Source: Candidatus Saccharimonadota bacterium (GTDB lineage: Archaea; Nanohalarchaeota; Nanosalinia; Nanosalinales; Nanosalinaceae). Taken from it: a stretch of 32,000 nucleotides of DNA. The stretch spans positions 720,001 to 752,000 of the forward strand of contig NZ_CP107255.1 of the NCBI RefSeq assembly GCF_029232205.1, read 5' to 3'. Shown piece after piece: positions 1 to 8,317 of the stretch. The notes beneath the pieces were generated by a model that was not told the DNA's origin, did no database searches, and worked only from the letters and a program-made list of their open reading frames with translations. Every line of letters begins with the position of its first letter. Position 1 is the first letter of the stretch. The position numbers and the translations under genes were made by a program.

Positions 1-143
1 AGGTGAAGAAGATGGGAAAGGACAAGAAAAAGAAGGACAAGAAGAATAATATCAAAAAGAAAGGAGGGCATCAGCCCAGTGAAGATCCAGGAGAAAAGCC
101 TTCAGGTCATACAGTTACGCTCTCAGACGAAGAAGACGAGTAA
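1..143 (+). CDS. 3' end of an ORF open at the window edge (or a 43-aa ORF from ATG 12); Lys-rich then acidic tail
   Basis: Frame is open from base 3 to TAA at 141-143. Translation is ..MGKDKKKKDKKNNIKKKGGHQPSEDPGEKPSGHTVTLSDEEDE*. No recognisable domain. Confidence 0.2.
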   Translation, partial: VKKMGKDKKKKDKKNNIKKKGGHQPSEDPGEKPSGHTVTLSDEEDE

Positions 144-162
144 TTATTACTCTTTTTCATTT

Positions 163-945
163 TTAGGAATCTTGACCACTATAAGCTGCCTCATAAGCTC
201 TTTCTCCACTTCCTATAGTCGAGCTCTCTGAAAGTTGACATCCAGACAAGGCTTCCATTACTACATTCAGATCCTCGGGAAGATCCTCATGTTTCCAGCT
301 CAGTATTAAAATCTCTCTAAATAGTATTCGGATAAACAGCTCGTGGATAGTTAGATCGTTGCCATCTAACGTGCTAGCAGCGTATACTTTGAAGAACTCT
401 TTCAGATTTTCATTGTCCTCCGCAACTTGTTCAAACTTTTGATACTTGTCTCTCATCTCCTGTTCAAAACTTGATAATGCCCCGCTTATTCGTTCCTCAA
501 CCTCTTCAAAGTCTATCGATGATTGACCTTCGGGAGCGTAATCCTCTTCATTTTCTTTTATCGACGAAATCATGTCTTGAAGTGCGTCTTGTTTCGTAAC
601 TTTTTCACCTTCTCTATCAGTGAATGTTACATCCAGTAAGTATAGTACATAATTCTTCCAGCTTTGATAGAATGCGTTATAATTCAGCTTATAATATTGG
701 GCTTTGGTTCTTTTTCCTCTTTCCAAGAATCCTGCATCCCGTAATTGTTTGATGTAATTAGCTACAGATTCCTTTGATGTGCTATAGCCCATGTTGTTGA
801 GCCTTTCAGTTACCTCCTTCGAGTAAAGCTGTGAGTTTGATAGATTGTAGATATGTAGGATATTGTAGGCCATTTCCGAAGTATAGAGCTTTCTCAGTTC
901 CTCATCAAAGGAATAATCTGGCATATTAGAGGTATAATATGTCAA
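163..945 (-). CDS. hypothetical protein with N-terminal winged-helix-like DNA-binding region
   Basis: 260-aa ORF. Segment AYNILHIY..SKEVTERLNNMGYSTSKESVANYIKQLRDAGFLERGKRTKAQYYKLNY resembles an ArsR/MarR-type wHTH. The remainder is acidic and helical. Confidence 0.55.
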   Translation of the reverse strand: MTYYTSNMPDYSFDEELRKLYTSEMAYNILHIYNLSNSQLYSKEVTERLNNMGYSTSKESVANYIKQLRDAGFLERGKRTKAQYYKLNYNAFYQSWKNYVLYLLDVTFTDREGEKVTKQDALQDMISSIKENEEDYAPEGQSSIDFEEVEERISGALSSFEQEMRDKYQKFEQVAEDNENLKEFFKVYAASTLDGNDLTIHELFIRILFREILILSWKHEDLPEDLNVVMEALSGCQLSESSTIGSGERAYEAAYSGQDS

Positions 946-1169
946 GATTAATAAGAGTTGAGGTTATGTTGTTCTACATGACCAGCTCATCTAGTCAAAT
1001 TAAAGGTAAAAAATCCCAAGTTAAATCTAGTTCATTCACTCTTCACATGACAGATGAAATGAAGGACAACCTCAACAAAACATCAAGAACCACAGGATTA
1101 GGAATGGCAGAAATCGTAAGAAGAGGTATTCACAGCCAATTAAATCAGCTTAAGGAGGAGTCAGAATGA
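939..1169 (+). CDS. ribbon-helix-helix (CopG/Arc-like) small DNA-binding protein; true start more likely ATG 966 or 978
   Basis: The C-terminal 45 aa (SSFTLHMTDEMKDNLNKTSRTTGLGMAEIVRRGIHSQL) fit a beta-strand/helix/helix RHH pattern. The longest start overlaps the divergent gene at 945. Confidence 0.5.
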   Translation: MSRLIRVEVMLFYMTSSSSQIKGKKSQVKSSSFTLHMTDEMKDNLNKTSRTTGLGMAEIVRRGIHSQLNQLKEESE

Positions 1170-1255
1170 AGCAAGACCTTGACACACAACTAGAAAACCT
1201 CATAGAAAAGAAAATGAGAGAACTCAGCCAACAATCTGAGTCTCAAAAACTCTAG
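1166..1255 (+). CDS. possible 29-aa micro-ORF, translationally coupled
   Basis: ATG 1166 overlaps the upstream stop (ATGA) and sits 6 nt after a strong SD AAGGAGGAG (1152-1160). Translation is MKQDLDTQLENLIEKKMRELSQQSESQKL*. It falls below the ORF-track size cut-off. Confidence 0.3.
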   Translation: MKQDLDTQLENLIEKKMRELSQQSESQKL

Positions 1256-1298
1256 AAAAACAGATCTGATCTCCAGTCAGACACTCGCGATTCAAACA

Positions 1299-1502
1299 AT
1301 GACATCACTAATAACCGAATTTAAAAACAGTTCCGAATCGGCCAACAACGGGCCAAAACACCAACTAACAGTCAGATTCACTTCGAGACAAATAAGAAAA
1401 ATCGAGAAATTATCTAGAAACTCAAACATTTCTCTAGCAGAATCATGCAGAAGAATTGTCTCAGAAGGCCTTAAACAAAGAGGTGAAAGATTCCATGGCT
1501 GA
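1299..1502 (+). CDS. ribbon-helix-helix small DNA-binding protein
   Basis: 67 aa. LTVRFTSRQIRKIEKLSRNSNISLAESCRRIVSEGL fits the RHH strand-helix-helix pattern. Confidence 0.55.
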   Translation: MTSLITEFKNSSESANNGPKHQLTVRFTSRQIRKIEKLSRNSNISLAESCRRIVSEGLKQRGERFHG

Positions 1503-2043
1503 AACAAAGACGATAAGCCTAAACAGTGAAGCTCATCGCCTTTACAAAGAACATAAGGAAACCATAGACACACATTTTGACGGAATATCAGGTCTTTTCC
1601 GACACGCACTACGTAACTTGGATGATGGTGAAGCCTTCGATAAAAAGAAGAAACGGCTAAAGCAGGACATAAAGCAGTTTCAAGAAAGGATAGAAGAGAA
1701 ACAAAATGAGATAGAGACTCTTGAAATTCAGCAGAACCTAACTGAAAAGAACGAAAAAGTAGAAGAGCTAGAGAGCAGACTCGACGAACTAAATAAGTCA
1801 ATAGAAAACTTCGAAAGTCAGAAAACTAGAGAAGAATTGGTAGAAGAGCAAAAAAGAAAGAGAAAACAAAGAGGCCACGACATAGATGATCCAGAGGTTA
1901 AGGAAGCTATAGAAAAGAGCGTTGAAAGAGAACTCAGAAAAAGAACTGATCTGGATGATCTTAAACAGGAAAAAGAAAATGTGGAAGAAGAACTTCAAAC
2001 ACTCAAACAGGAAAAAACCAAGTTAGAGACCTTGATCCAATGA
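1495..2043 (+). CDS. RHH-like N-terminus fused to a long Lys/Glu coiled coil
   Basis: ATG 1495 follows SD AGGTGA (1481-1486). The N-terminus KTISLNSEAHRLYKEHKE..ISGLFRHALRNL is RHH-like. About 130 aa of heptad-like K/E-rich sequence follow. The track's longer start at 1456 overlaps the previous gene. Confidence 0.6.
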   Translation: MAETKTISLNSEAHRLYKEHKETIDTHFDGISGLFRHALRNLDDGEAFDKKKKRLKQDIKQFQERIEEKQNEIETLEIQQNLTEKNEKVEELESRLDELNKSIENFESQKTREELVEEQKRKRKQRGHDIDDPEVKEAIEKSVERELRKRTDLDDLKQEKENVEEELQTLKQEKTKLETLIQ

Positions 2044-2065
2044 TTAAGACTACTTACGTAACGTG

Positions 2066-2099
2066 GTTAACTAAGTCTTACTTAACAAGATTAGTTAAC
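2066..2099. repeat. 34-bp imperfect inverted repeat GTTAACTAAGTCTT..AAGATTAGTTAAC
   Basis: Perfect 9-bp arms GTTAACTAA / TTAGTTAAC, extendable to 13-14 bp with one bulged G. Lies in the 2044-2206 intergenic hub. Confidence 0.6.
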
Positions 2100-2135
2100 A
2101 CTGTACGTACACATTCTGAGAGCATAGAATGCCAG

Positions 2136-2159
2136 TTATTTACTTACATTATTTACTTA
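2136..2159. repeat. tandem direct repeat 2 x TTATTTACTTA (13-bp period), iteron-like
   Basis: Exact 11-mers at 2136-2146 and 2149-2159. Confidence 0.6.
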
Positions 2160-2206
2160 ATTAACCGACAAAACCTACAGAAGCTGAGAACGTACGTACA
2201 GACAAA

Positions 2207-2503
2207 ATGAGGCGAAAAACTACATCCTGGAGCCGCAACAGGAATAAAGCCAGATTAGAAGTCACTCTCCCTAAAGGCCTCAAAAAACAAGTAACACAGA
2301 CACTGAAATACAGCTCATTAACCAGAAGCGACCTAGTAGAAGAAAAATTCAGAGAATTCCTTAGAGAACAAAAGAACACAGAAATAATCCATGATAAACA
2401 CGGGGAATTTTCATGCAGATGCGGGGCAATAATGACGGAAGCAGTTCTAGACAAAAATAACGGAAAATGTCCATCTTGCCGTAACAAGATTGAAGAAAGA
2501 TGA
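2207..2503 (+). CDS. RHH-like domain fused to a C-terminal zinc ribbon
   Basis: RLEVTLPKGLKKQVTQTLKYSSLTRSDLVEEKFREFL is RHH-like. CRCG..(x16)..CPSC gives a four-Cys ribbon. Confidence 0.6.
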   Translation: MRRKTTSWSRNRNKARLEVTLPKGLKKQVTQTLKYSSLTRSDLVEEKFREFLREQKNTEIIHDKHGEFSCRCGAIMTEAVLDKNNGKCPSCRNKIEER

Positions 2504-2675
2504 AATTCTCTCTCGTAAACTCTGAAATTCAATTGACTCACTCATATCGGCCTTCAGAGAAGACATGTATGGCCGATTTAGGACATCCTGCGACCTCTTT
2601 TCTGGAGAGGGCTGTACTAAATAGACAAGACTATACTAAAACCACAACACTATATAAAGAAATCAGGGATATTCG

Positions 2676-2936
2676 ATGCCAAATGTAAAGAGCAGGCTGA
2701 TACAGGCCTCAAAGGATAGAACAAGAGACTTCATCAAACCCCAGTACCTCACTCAAGGGACAGATATCTCAAAGATAGAGGCAGGAAGAATACTATCAAG
2801 TTTAGAGAAAAAAGGCCTGCTAGAAAAATGGAGCAAATCAACAGGCAGAGGAGGAACCACCTACAAAATCAAATATCAAAAACAAGATATAGAAAAATTA
2901 GATAAAAGAGATAGCTGGAAAAGTAATTCTGATTAG
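2676..2936 (+). CDS. small winged-helix DNA-binding protein directly upstream of mod (controller-like position)
   Basis: 86 aa. ISKIEAGRILSSLEKKGLLEKWSKSTGRGGTTYKIK fits an HTH plus beta-wing. A TATA-like TATATAAAG sits about 20 nt upstream of the ATG. Confidence 0.6.
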   Translation: MPNVKSRLIQASKDRTRDFIKPQYLTQGTDISKIEAGRILSSLEKKGLLEKWSKSTGRGGTTYKIKYQKQDIEKLDKRDSWKSNSD

Positions 2937-2977
2937 CTTAAACTGTCCATAATCGCAAAATTAAAAGCATGCAAGTC

Positions 2978-2994
2978 GACATATAATATATGTC
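2978..2994. promoter_or_regulatory. perfect 17-bp palindrome GACATATAATATATGTC covering the mod start codon (candidate operator)
   Basis: 8-bp arms pair perfectly around a central A. ATG 2990-2992 lies in the right arm. Confidence 0.35.
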
Positions 2995-4798
2995 AGATGA
3001 AACTGAGCGAGTAAATACTACTACCAATCCTATATCTGAAGAAAAAAGAGATCAGTTGAAGAAAATTTTTCCTGAAGTATTTGAAGAGAATAAAATTGAT
3101 CTAGAGAAGCTTAAAGCAATAATTGGAGAAGAAGACTTATCTGACAGTGATGGATACTCCTTAAACTGGACAGGTCGAAAAGAAGCAATAAAAAATATCC
3201 AAGAACCTAGTAAAGGAACTTTGACGCCTAAAAAAGAACGATCTGTAAACTTTGAGAACTCAGAGAACATATTGATTGAGGGCGAGAATCTGGAAACTTT
3301 GAAGCTTCTAAAGAAGAGCTACTCAGATTCAGTAAAAATGATTTACATAGACCCTCCTTACAACACTGGGAAAGATTTTGTTTATAACGACGATTATAGC
3401 GAAAATCTTCAGAATTATTTGAAGAAGACTGGTCAAATAGACGCCGAAGGTAATGAGCTAACCACTAATAGAGAAACAGACGGAAGATTCCATTCAAATT
3501 GGCTCTCAATGATGTATCCTCGCTTATTTGTAGCAAGGAGTCTGCTTAAGGAAGACGGCGCCATTTTTGTTAATATAGATAATAACGAGTTTCATAATCT
3601 CAAGTTCATGATGGACGAAATATTTGGAGAGGATAATTTCGTCACAACGTTTGTATGGCGAAAACGGAAGGGCGGAGGTAACGATTCAAAATACATCGCT
3701 ATCGACCATGATTATATTCTATGTTATGCTAAAGACAGCGAGAGCCTTCCTGAAGAGTGGTATGTAGCATATGAAGAAGAATACCTAGAAAGGTACAGCG
3801 AGGAAGATGAAAAAGGGAGGTTTTATTGGGATACTATTCAAAGACCAGGACTACAGAACGCAATAGAATACTCTGTAGAAGCTCCTAATGGCAAAGAAAT
3901 TAATATGCAGGCTCAAATTTCCAAAGACACCTTTGAGGACCTTAGGGAAAAAGGCGCTATACGATTTACGGAAGATGATGACGGAGATTGGAGCATTCAG
4001 AGAAAAATCTACAAGCCTAAAGGCAAAACTCCAAGATCAATTCTTCTTGATGCTGGAACTAATAGTGACGGTAAAGAGGCTGTTAGAGAACTTTTTGAAG
4101 GGAAAGACGTATTTGGAGATTCATCGCCTAAACCTCCTCAATTGCTACAAAAACTCATTGATATAGTTTCTGAAGAAGATGAAGATGGATTAATGATGGA
4201 CTTCTTTGCAGGCACGGGCACCTTAGGAGAAGCTGTACTTAGGCAGAACAAGAAAGATGGGGGAGATAGAAACTACATAATGGTTCAGCTGCAGAAAGAG
4301 TTAGAGGAAAAGTTTGAACTAGAGAACACTATTTTAGAAACAGTATCAGATATCGCAAAAGAGAGGATGCATAGGTTGCATGAAAAATTTGAAGATATAG
4401 ACTCAGGTGTTAAAATATTCAGACTTGAAGAATCAAACTACAAAGTCTGGAACGACCTCAGTTCTGAAGATTCCTCAGTTGACGATGTTAAGAGACAGAT
4501 GAAGCTGTTTGAGAATGCACTAGTAGAGGACTACGATGATGAAAATGTCCTCTATGAAATTCTGCTTAAAGAAGGAATGAGCTTAAACGCCGAGCTTGAA
4601 AGAAGATCAGACAGACCGCTTTACGAAATCAAAGACGAAGATGAAACATTCTATGTAAGTCTAGATCAAGATATAGGTGAGGAAATAGTAGAAGGCCTTG
4701 AATACGGCCAGAACACGGTTCTAATATGCCTAGACAACGCTCTTGATGATGACGAGAAAATAAACCTCTCTAACAAACTCAGGCTGAAAACAATTTAG
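2990..4798 (+). CDS. mod: Type III restriction-modification system, Mod subunit (N6-adenine DNA methyltransferase, beta-class motif order)
   Basis: Catalytic motif IV IYIDPPYNTG lies upstream of AdoMet motif I DFFAGTGTLGEA. Size is 602 aa. It sits immediately upstream of a helicase-nuclease Res gene. Confidence 0.9.
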   Translation: MSDETERVNTTTNPISEEKRDQLKKIFPEVFEENKIDLEKLKAIIGEEDLSDSDGYSLNWTGRKEAIKNIQEPSKGTLTPKKERSVNFENSENILIEGENLETLKLLKKSYSDSVKMIYIDPPYNTGKDFVYNDDYSENLQNYLKKTGQIDAEGNELTTNRETDGRFHSNWLSMMYPRLFVARSLLKEDGAIFVNIDNNEFHNLKFMMDEIFGEDNFVTTFVWRKRKGGGNDSKYIAIDHDYILCYAKDSESLPEEWYVAYEEEYLERYSEEDEKGRFYWDTIQRPGLQNAIEYSVEAPNGKEINMQAQISKDTFEDLREKGAIRFTEDDDGDWSIQRKIYKPKGKTPRSILLDAGTNSDGKEAVRELFEGKDVFGDSSPKPPQLLQKLIDIVSEEDEDGLMMDFFAGTGTLGEAVLRQNKKDGGDRNYIMVQLQKELEEKFELENTILETVSDIAKERMHRLHEKFEDIDSGVKIFRLEESNYKVWNDLSSEDSSVDDVKRQMKLFENALVEDYDDENVLYEILLKEGMSLNAELERRSDRPLYEIKDEDETFYVSLDQDIGEEIVEGLEYGQNTVLICLDNALDDDEKINLSNKLRLKTI

Positions 4799-4806
4799 GT
4801 GGTAAA

Positions 4807-7461
4807 ATGGAGTTTGAATTTGACCCCAATATAGACTACCAGCTAGAGGCTATAGACTCTGTTTTAAACTTATTCTCTGGAGATAGATCGCAAGGCAACA
4901 GCATTGCAAGCAGTAAGAATCAATCAGTAGTCGGATATAGATCAGTGCCCAATGAACTGAATCTTTCTGATAAAGAGATTTTAAATAATCTGAAAGAAGT
5001 TCAGCAAGAGAATGAGCTAGATCCAGATGACTCTCTAGAAGGAATGAATTTTACAATAGAAATGGAAACAGGAACAGGAAAGACCTATACCTATCTGAGG
5101 ACACTACTTGAACTGAATAAGGAATATGGAATGCGGAAATTCATAATAGTAGTTCCCTCTGTGGCAATTAAAGAGGGTGTTCTAAAGACACTGAGACAGA
5201 CTAGGTCTCATTTCCAGAACCTCTATGAGAATACAATATACCGTTTCTACGAATACGACTCTAGCGATTTAAGCAAATTAAAGCAGTTTTCTAGGAGCAA
5301 TGAAATTGAGATAATGGTTATGACTATCCAGTCCTTCAGAGACGAGGATAGAAACGTTATTAACAACCCAAATGATAGAACTAACGGCAAGAAGCCTATT
5401 CAACTTATTCAGGAAACTAACCCTGTAGTGGTATTAGATGAGCCTCAAAACATGGAAACAGATAATTCTAAAGAGGCATTAGCAAGACTCAATCCGCTGT
5501 TTAAATTAAGATACTCTGCAACGCACAGAAATTACTATAATCTCCTATACCGTTTAGGGCCTGCTGAAGCATATCAAAGAGATTTAGTAAAGAAAGTAGA
5601 TGTTCTCTCAGTGGTTGAAGACGATGATCACAACAATGTTCTAGTCAAAGTAGTAGAAATAGACAGGTCTTCCCGAGGAATTAGAGCAGAGCTAGAAATA
5701 TACAAAGACTACTCTAACGGCGTAAAAAGAAAGACAACTAAGGTCTACCAAGGTGATGACCTATACGAGAAGAGTAATGGACTAGAAGAATATAGAGGGT
5801 TTGAAGTAAGTGATATAGACCTCAGATACAATACTATCACTTTTGAAAATGGCGTTTCCCTGGATGAGGGGGATGTTCAAGGACTCAACAGAGAAAAATT
5901 AATGGAAACCCAGATAGAAAAAACCATAGAAGAACACTTCCGAAAACAGGAAAAGTTAGAAGACTATGGCATCAAAGTGCTATCTCTGTTCTTCATAGAT
6001 AAGGTAAGCAACTATATAGGGGATGAAGCATTTATCAGAGAGACCTTTGAAGAAAAGTTCAACGAGTTAAAGAACAGAGATGCTAGTTATGCGGAAAGAT
6101 TTGAGAATTATAATGCCGAGGAAGTCCACGATGGATACTTCGCTAAGAAGGATAACGGAGAATACTATAGTGATAACTCCACTAGCTACATGAGAAACGA
6201 TAAAGACACTTATGACCTCATTATGAAGAATAAGGAACGTTTGTTGTCTTTCGATGAGTCAACACAGTTTATTTTCTCACACTCTGCGTTAAGAGAAGGA
6301 TGGGATAACCCTAATGTATTCAATATCTGTACTCTAAACGAGAGTTACTCTAAAGTTAAGAAACGCCAAGAAATAGGGAGAGGTGTTAGAATACCTGTAA
6401 ATCAAGATGGAAAAAGAATATTCGAATCAGAAAATATCCTCACAGTTATCGCAAATGAAAGCTACCAAGACTTTGCTTCTAAACTACAGACAGAATATGA
6501 AGAAGAATATGGAAGTGAAGAATCTGCACCACCAACTCCTCCGAGAGATCGAGTAGAATACGGCCTCAAGGATAAGAGCGAAGTAGATGACGATGTTTGG
6601 GATGATTTTGAAGAACTTTGGAACAGGTTATCTAAAAAGAGCAGATATGAAGTAGATTTTGACACACAAAAATTCCAAGAGAAGTGTATTAACCGTATAA
6701 ATGACATAGAAGTAGAAGAAATCAGATTAAGAATTCAAAGAGGTACTATAGAACACAGCGATGAGGGTATTGATTCGAGACAGTTAGGAGAAGGACAAAG
6801 AGATTTAGGTAACGAACTTACAATACGAAATTTCCTTGAAAGAATTTCTGATCAGACCCAGATAACAAAGGCTACTATCGTTGGTATTCTAGAAGATGTA
6901 GAGAACCTAGACTTACTATTTGAGAACCCTCACCAGTACGTAAACTCTATTATTGATGTTTTGAACAGAGTGAAGAAAGAGATCATCGTTGAAGATATAG
7001 AGTATTACGAGGTTGAAGACTCTTACAGCGTATCAGACTTTGAAGATGAAAGAGAAGGATACAGAGATAACCTTGTAGAAGTAGATAAGTCTGTCTATTC
7101 CTACGTGGAAACCGACTCACAAGGTGAAGAAGAGTTCGCAGAGCGTCTAGATAGTGATGCAAGAATAAAATTCCTAATTAAACTTCCTAGATGGTACAAA
7201 ATTGATACACCTGTAGGAATGTACAATCCTGATTGGGGTCTAGCAGTCGAAGACAGAGATGAACATCAAGAAATTGAGAAGAAGCTATATCTAGTTCGAG
7301 AAACTAAAAAAGGCGACTTGGAAAACTTGAGGCCTAGTGAGCACAACAAGATAAAATGCGCTAAAAAGCATTACATTGAAATTTTCAGCGATCATGATGA
7401 CTCCAATTATGATGTTTACAATGTACAAGGCGGCGTAAATGTAGAAGAACTGATAAATTAA
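4807..7461 (+). CDS. res: Type III restriction enzyme, Res subunit (SF2 helicase plus C-terminal PD-(D/E)xK nuclease)
   Basis: Walker A ETGTGKTYTY, motif II VVLDEPQN, motif VI-like SALREGWDNPNV. C-terminal nuclease signature is NPDWGL..LYLVRETKKG. SD AGGTGG overlaps the mod stop. Confidence 0.9.
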   Translation: MEFEFDPNIDYQLEAIDSVLNLFSGDRSQGNSIASSKNQSVVGYRSVPNELNLSDKEILNNLKEVQQENELDPDDSLEGMNFTIEMETGTGKTYTYLRTLLELNKEYGMRKFIIVVPSVAIKEGVLKTLRQTRSHFQNLYENTIYRFYEYDSSDLSKLKQFSRSNEIEIMVMTIQSFRDEDRNVINNPNDRTNGKKPIQLIQETNPVVVLDEPQNMETDNSKEALARLNPLFKLRYSATHRNYYNLLYRLGPAEAYQRDLVKKVDVLSVVEDDDHNNVLVKVVEIDRSSRGIRAELEIYKDYSNGVKRKTTKVYQGDDLYEKSNGLEEYRGFEVSDIDLRYNTITFENGVSLDEGDVQGLNREKLMETQIEKTIEEHFRKQEKLEDYGIKVLSLFFIDKVSNYIGDEAFIRETFEEKFNELKNRDASYAERFENYNAEEVHDGYFAKKDNGEYYSDNSTSYMRNDKDTYDLIMKNKERLLSFDESTQFIFSHSALREGWDNPNVFNICTLNESYSKVKKRQEIGRGVRIPVNQDGKRIFESENILTVIANESYQDFASKLQTEYEEEYGSEESAPPTPPRDRVEYGLKDKSEVDDDVWDDFEELWNRLSKKSRYEVDFDTQKFQEKCINRINDIEVEEIRLRIQRGTIEHSDEGIDSRQLGEGQRDLGNELTIRNFLERISDQTQITKATIVGILEDVENLDLLFENPHQYVNSIIDVLNRVKKEIIVEDIEYYEVEDSYSVSDFEDEREGYRDNLVEVDKSVYSYVETDSQGEEEFAERLDSDARIKFLIKLPRWYKIDTPVGMYNPDWGLAVEDRDEHQEIEKKLYLVRETKKGDLENLRPSEHNKIKCAKKHYIEIFSDHDDSNYDVYNVQGGVNVEELIN

Positions 7462-7497
7462 GGACTTTTGTATGGATATAACAAACAGTTTGCGGTA

Positions 7498-7776
7498 TTA
7501 AATACCTCTATATCTATTTTCATTATCTTCATAGAGTTGATATAAGTAAAGTATAGCGCCTATTAACAGAATATAGAAAGCCACATCTGAAGCCAACAGA
7601 AACATGTCAAATATCTCCTTAAGGGGGAACAACATCTCATTATGACCTAATTCAGCAAGTAATAGAGCTATTACTACAAAAAATAATGTTGCTTCAACCA
7701 GCTTCATAGGGCTTTCAATCAGTTCATTGATTAACTGATCTATAGGATTATCTTTTCTGTTCTGTCGATTTTTCAC
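7498..7776 (-). CDS. small membrane protein (two predicted TM helices)
   Basis: 92 aa. Hydrophobic stretches are ATLFFVVIALLLAELG and FLLASDVAFYILLIGAILYLY. Confidence 0.4.
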   Translation of the reverse strand: MKNRQNRKDNPIDQLINELIESPMKLVEATLFFVVIALLLAELGHNEMLFPLKEIFDMFLLASDVAFYILLIGAILYLYQLYEDNENRYRGI

Positions 7777-7816
7777 AAAGTAAATTTTATGGATTTACAC
7801 ATCTAATTAATATATC

Positions 7817-7942
7817 ATGTCTTGGTCTGAGCCTAAAGAGCGAGTTCTTGCTAAATTCGATAGATGGGAGAGAAAAGCTAGGAGGGAGAATTCTGATACA
7901 CTGGCTAACATTTTAGAAGATCAGAAGAGCTCTGAAGAATAA
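7817..7942 (+). CDS. possible 41-aa ORF
   Basis: MSWSEPKERVLAKFDRWERKARRENSDTLANILEDQKSSEE*. No SD or recognisable domain. Convergent with the next small ORF. Confidence 0.15.
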   Translation: MSWSEPKERVLAKFDRWERKARRENSDTLANILEDQKSSEE

Positions 7943-7957
7943 AAAAAGAGAGTAGAG

Positions 7958-8077
7958 TTACTTTTCAAGTGCAGCTTCGCAAGTTAGTGCTTTTCTTCCT
8001 TGAAATGCTGTGTTCTCACACCATCTTTGAGTTGCCTCGTTGAACTCTTGATCTGTCAGATCTTTCTGTTCTTCCAT
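7958..8077 (-). CDS. possible 39-aa ORF with canonical SD
   Basis: MEEQKDLTDQEFNEATQRWCENTAFQGRKALTCEAALEK*. A perfect GGAGGTGA (complement of 8087-8094) lies 9 nt upstream of the ATG. Confidence 0.3.
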   Translation of the reverse strand: MEEQKDLTDQEFNEATQRWCENTAFQGRKALTCEAALEK

Positions 8078-8317
8078 TCTTTATTTTCACCTCCTTTAAC
8101 CCATACTAATGTGTGAGATTGGTTTAAAGGTTATGCTTTGTTTTACAAGACTCTTAACCAAAATAGTTAACTAAAAAAGGTAGAATCGCTCAATAAAAGA
8201 TTTAGACAGACAGGCTATCCTTTAAGTTTGACAAAAGAGATTAGTTACAGTTATATGTAACTCGGGGCAATAGATGGCAGAATAGGGCCGCCAAAGATTT
8301 TTCAGCTAGACTATAAT

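Noticed and set aside
1292-1801. 169-aa minus-strand ORF (also 1798-1998 and 2161-2541)
   Set aside because: These are antisense to the RHH and coiled-coil genes. Their Leu/Ser/Phe-rich low-complexity translations are typical of the reverse complement of Lys/Glu-rich coding sequence. No start context or motif.
2500-2688. 62-aa ORF between the RHH-zinc-ribbon gene and the wHTH gene
   Set aside because: No motif. It contains the TATA-like box and a 7-bp inverted repeat (ATCGGCC..GGCCGAT) that fit a terminator/promoter spacer for the 2676 gene better than coding sequence.
6923-6930. GAACCCTC match to the tRNA-Thr T-arm region as a possible distal att site
   Set aside because: Only 8 bp, it lies inside the res coding sequence, and it is expected by chance.
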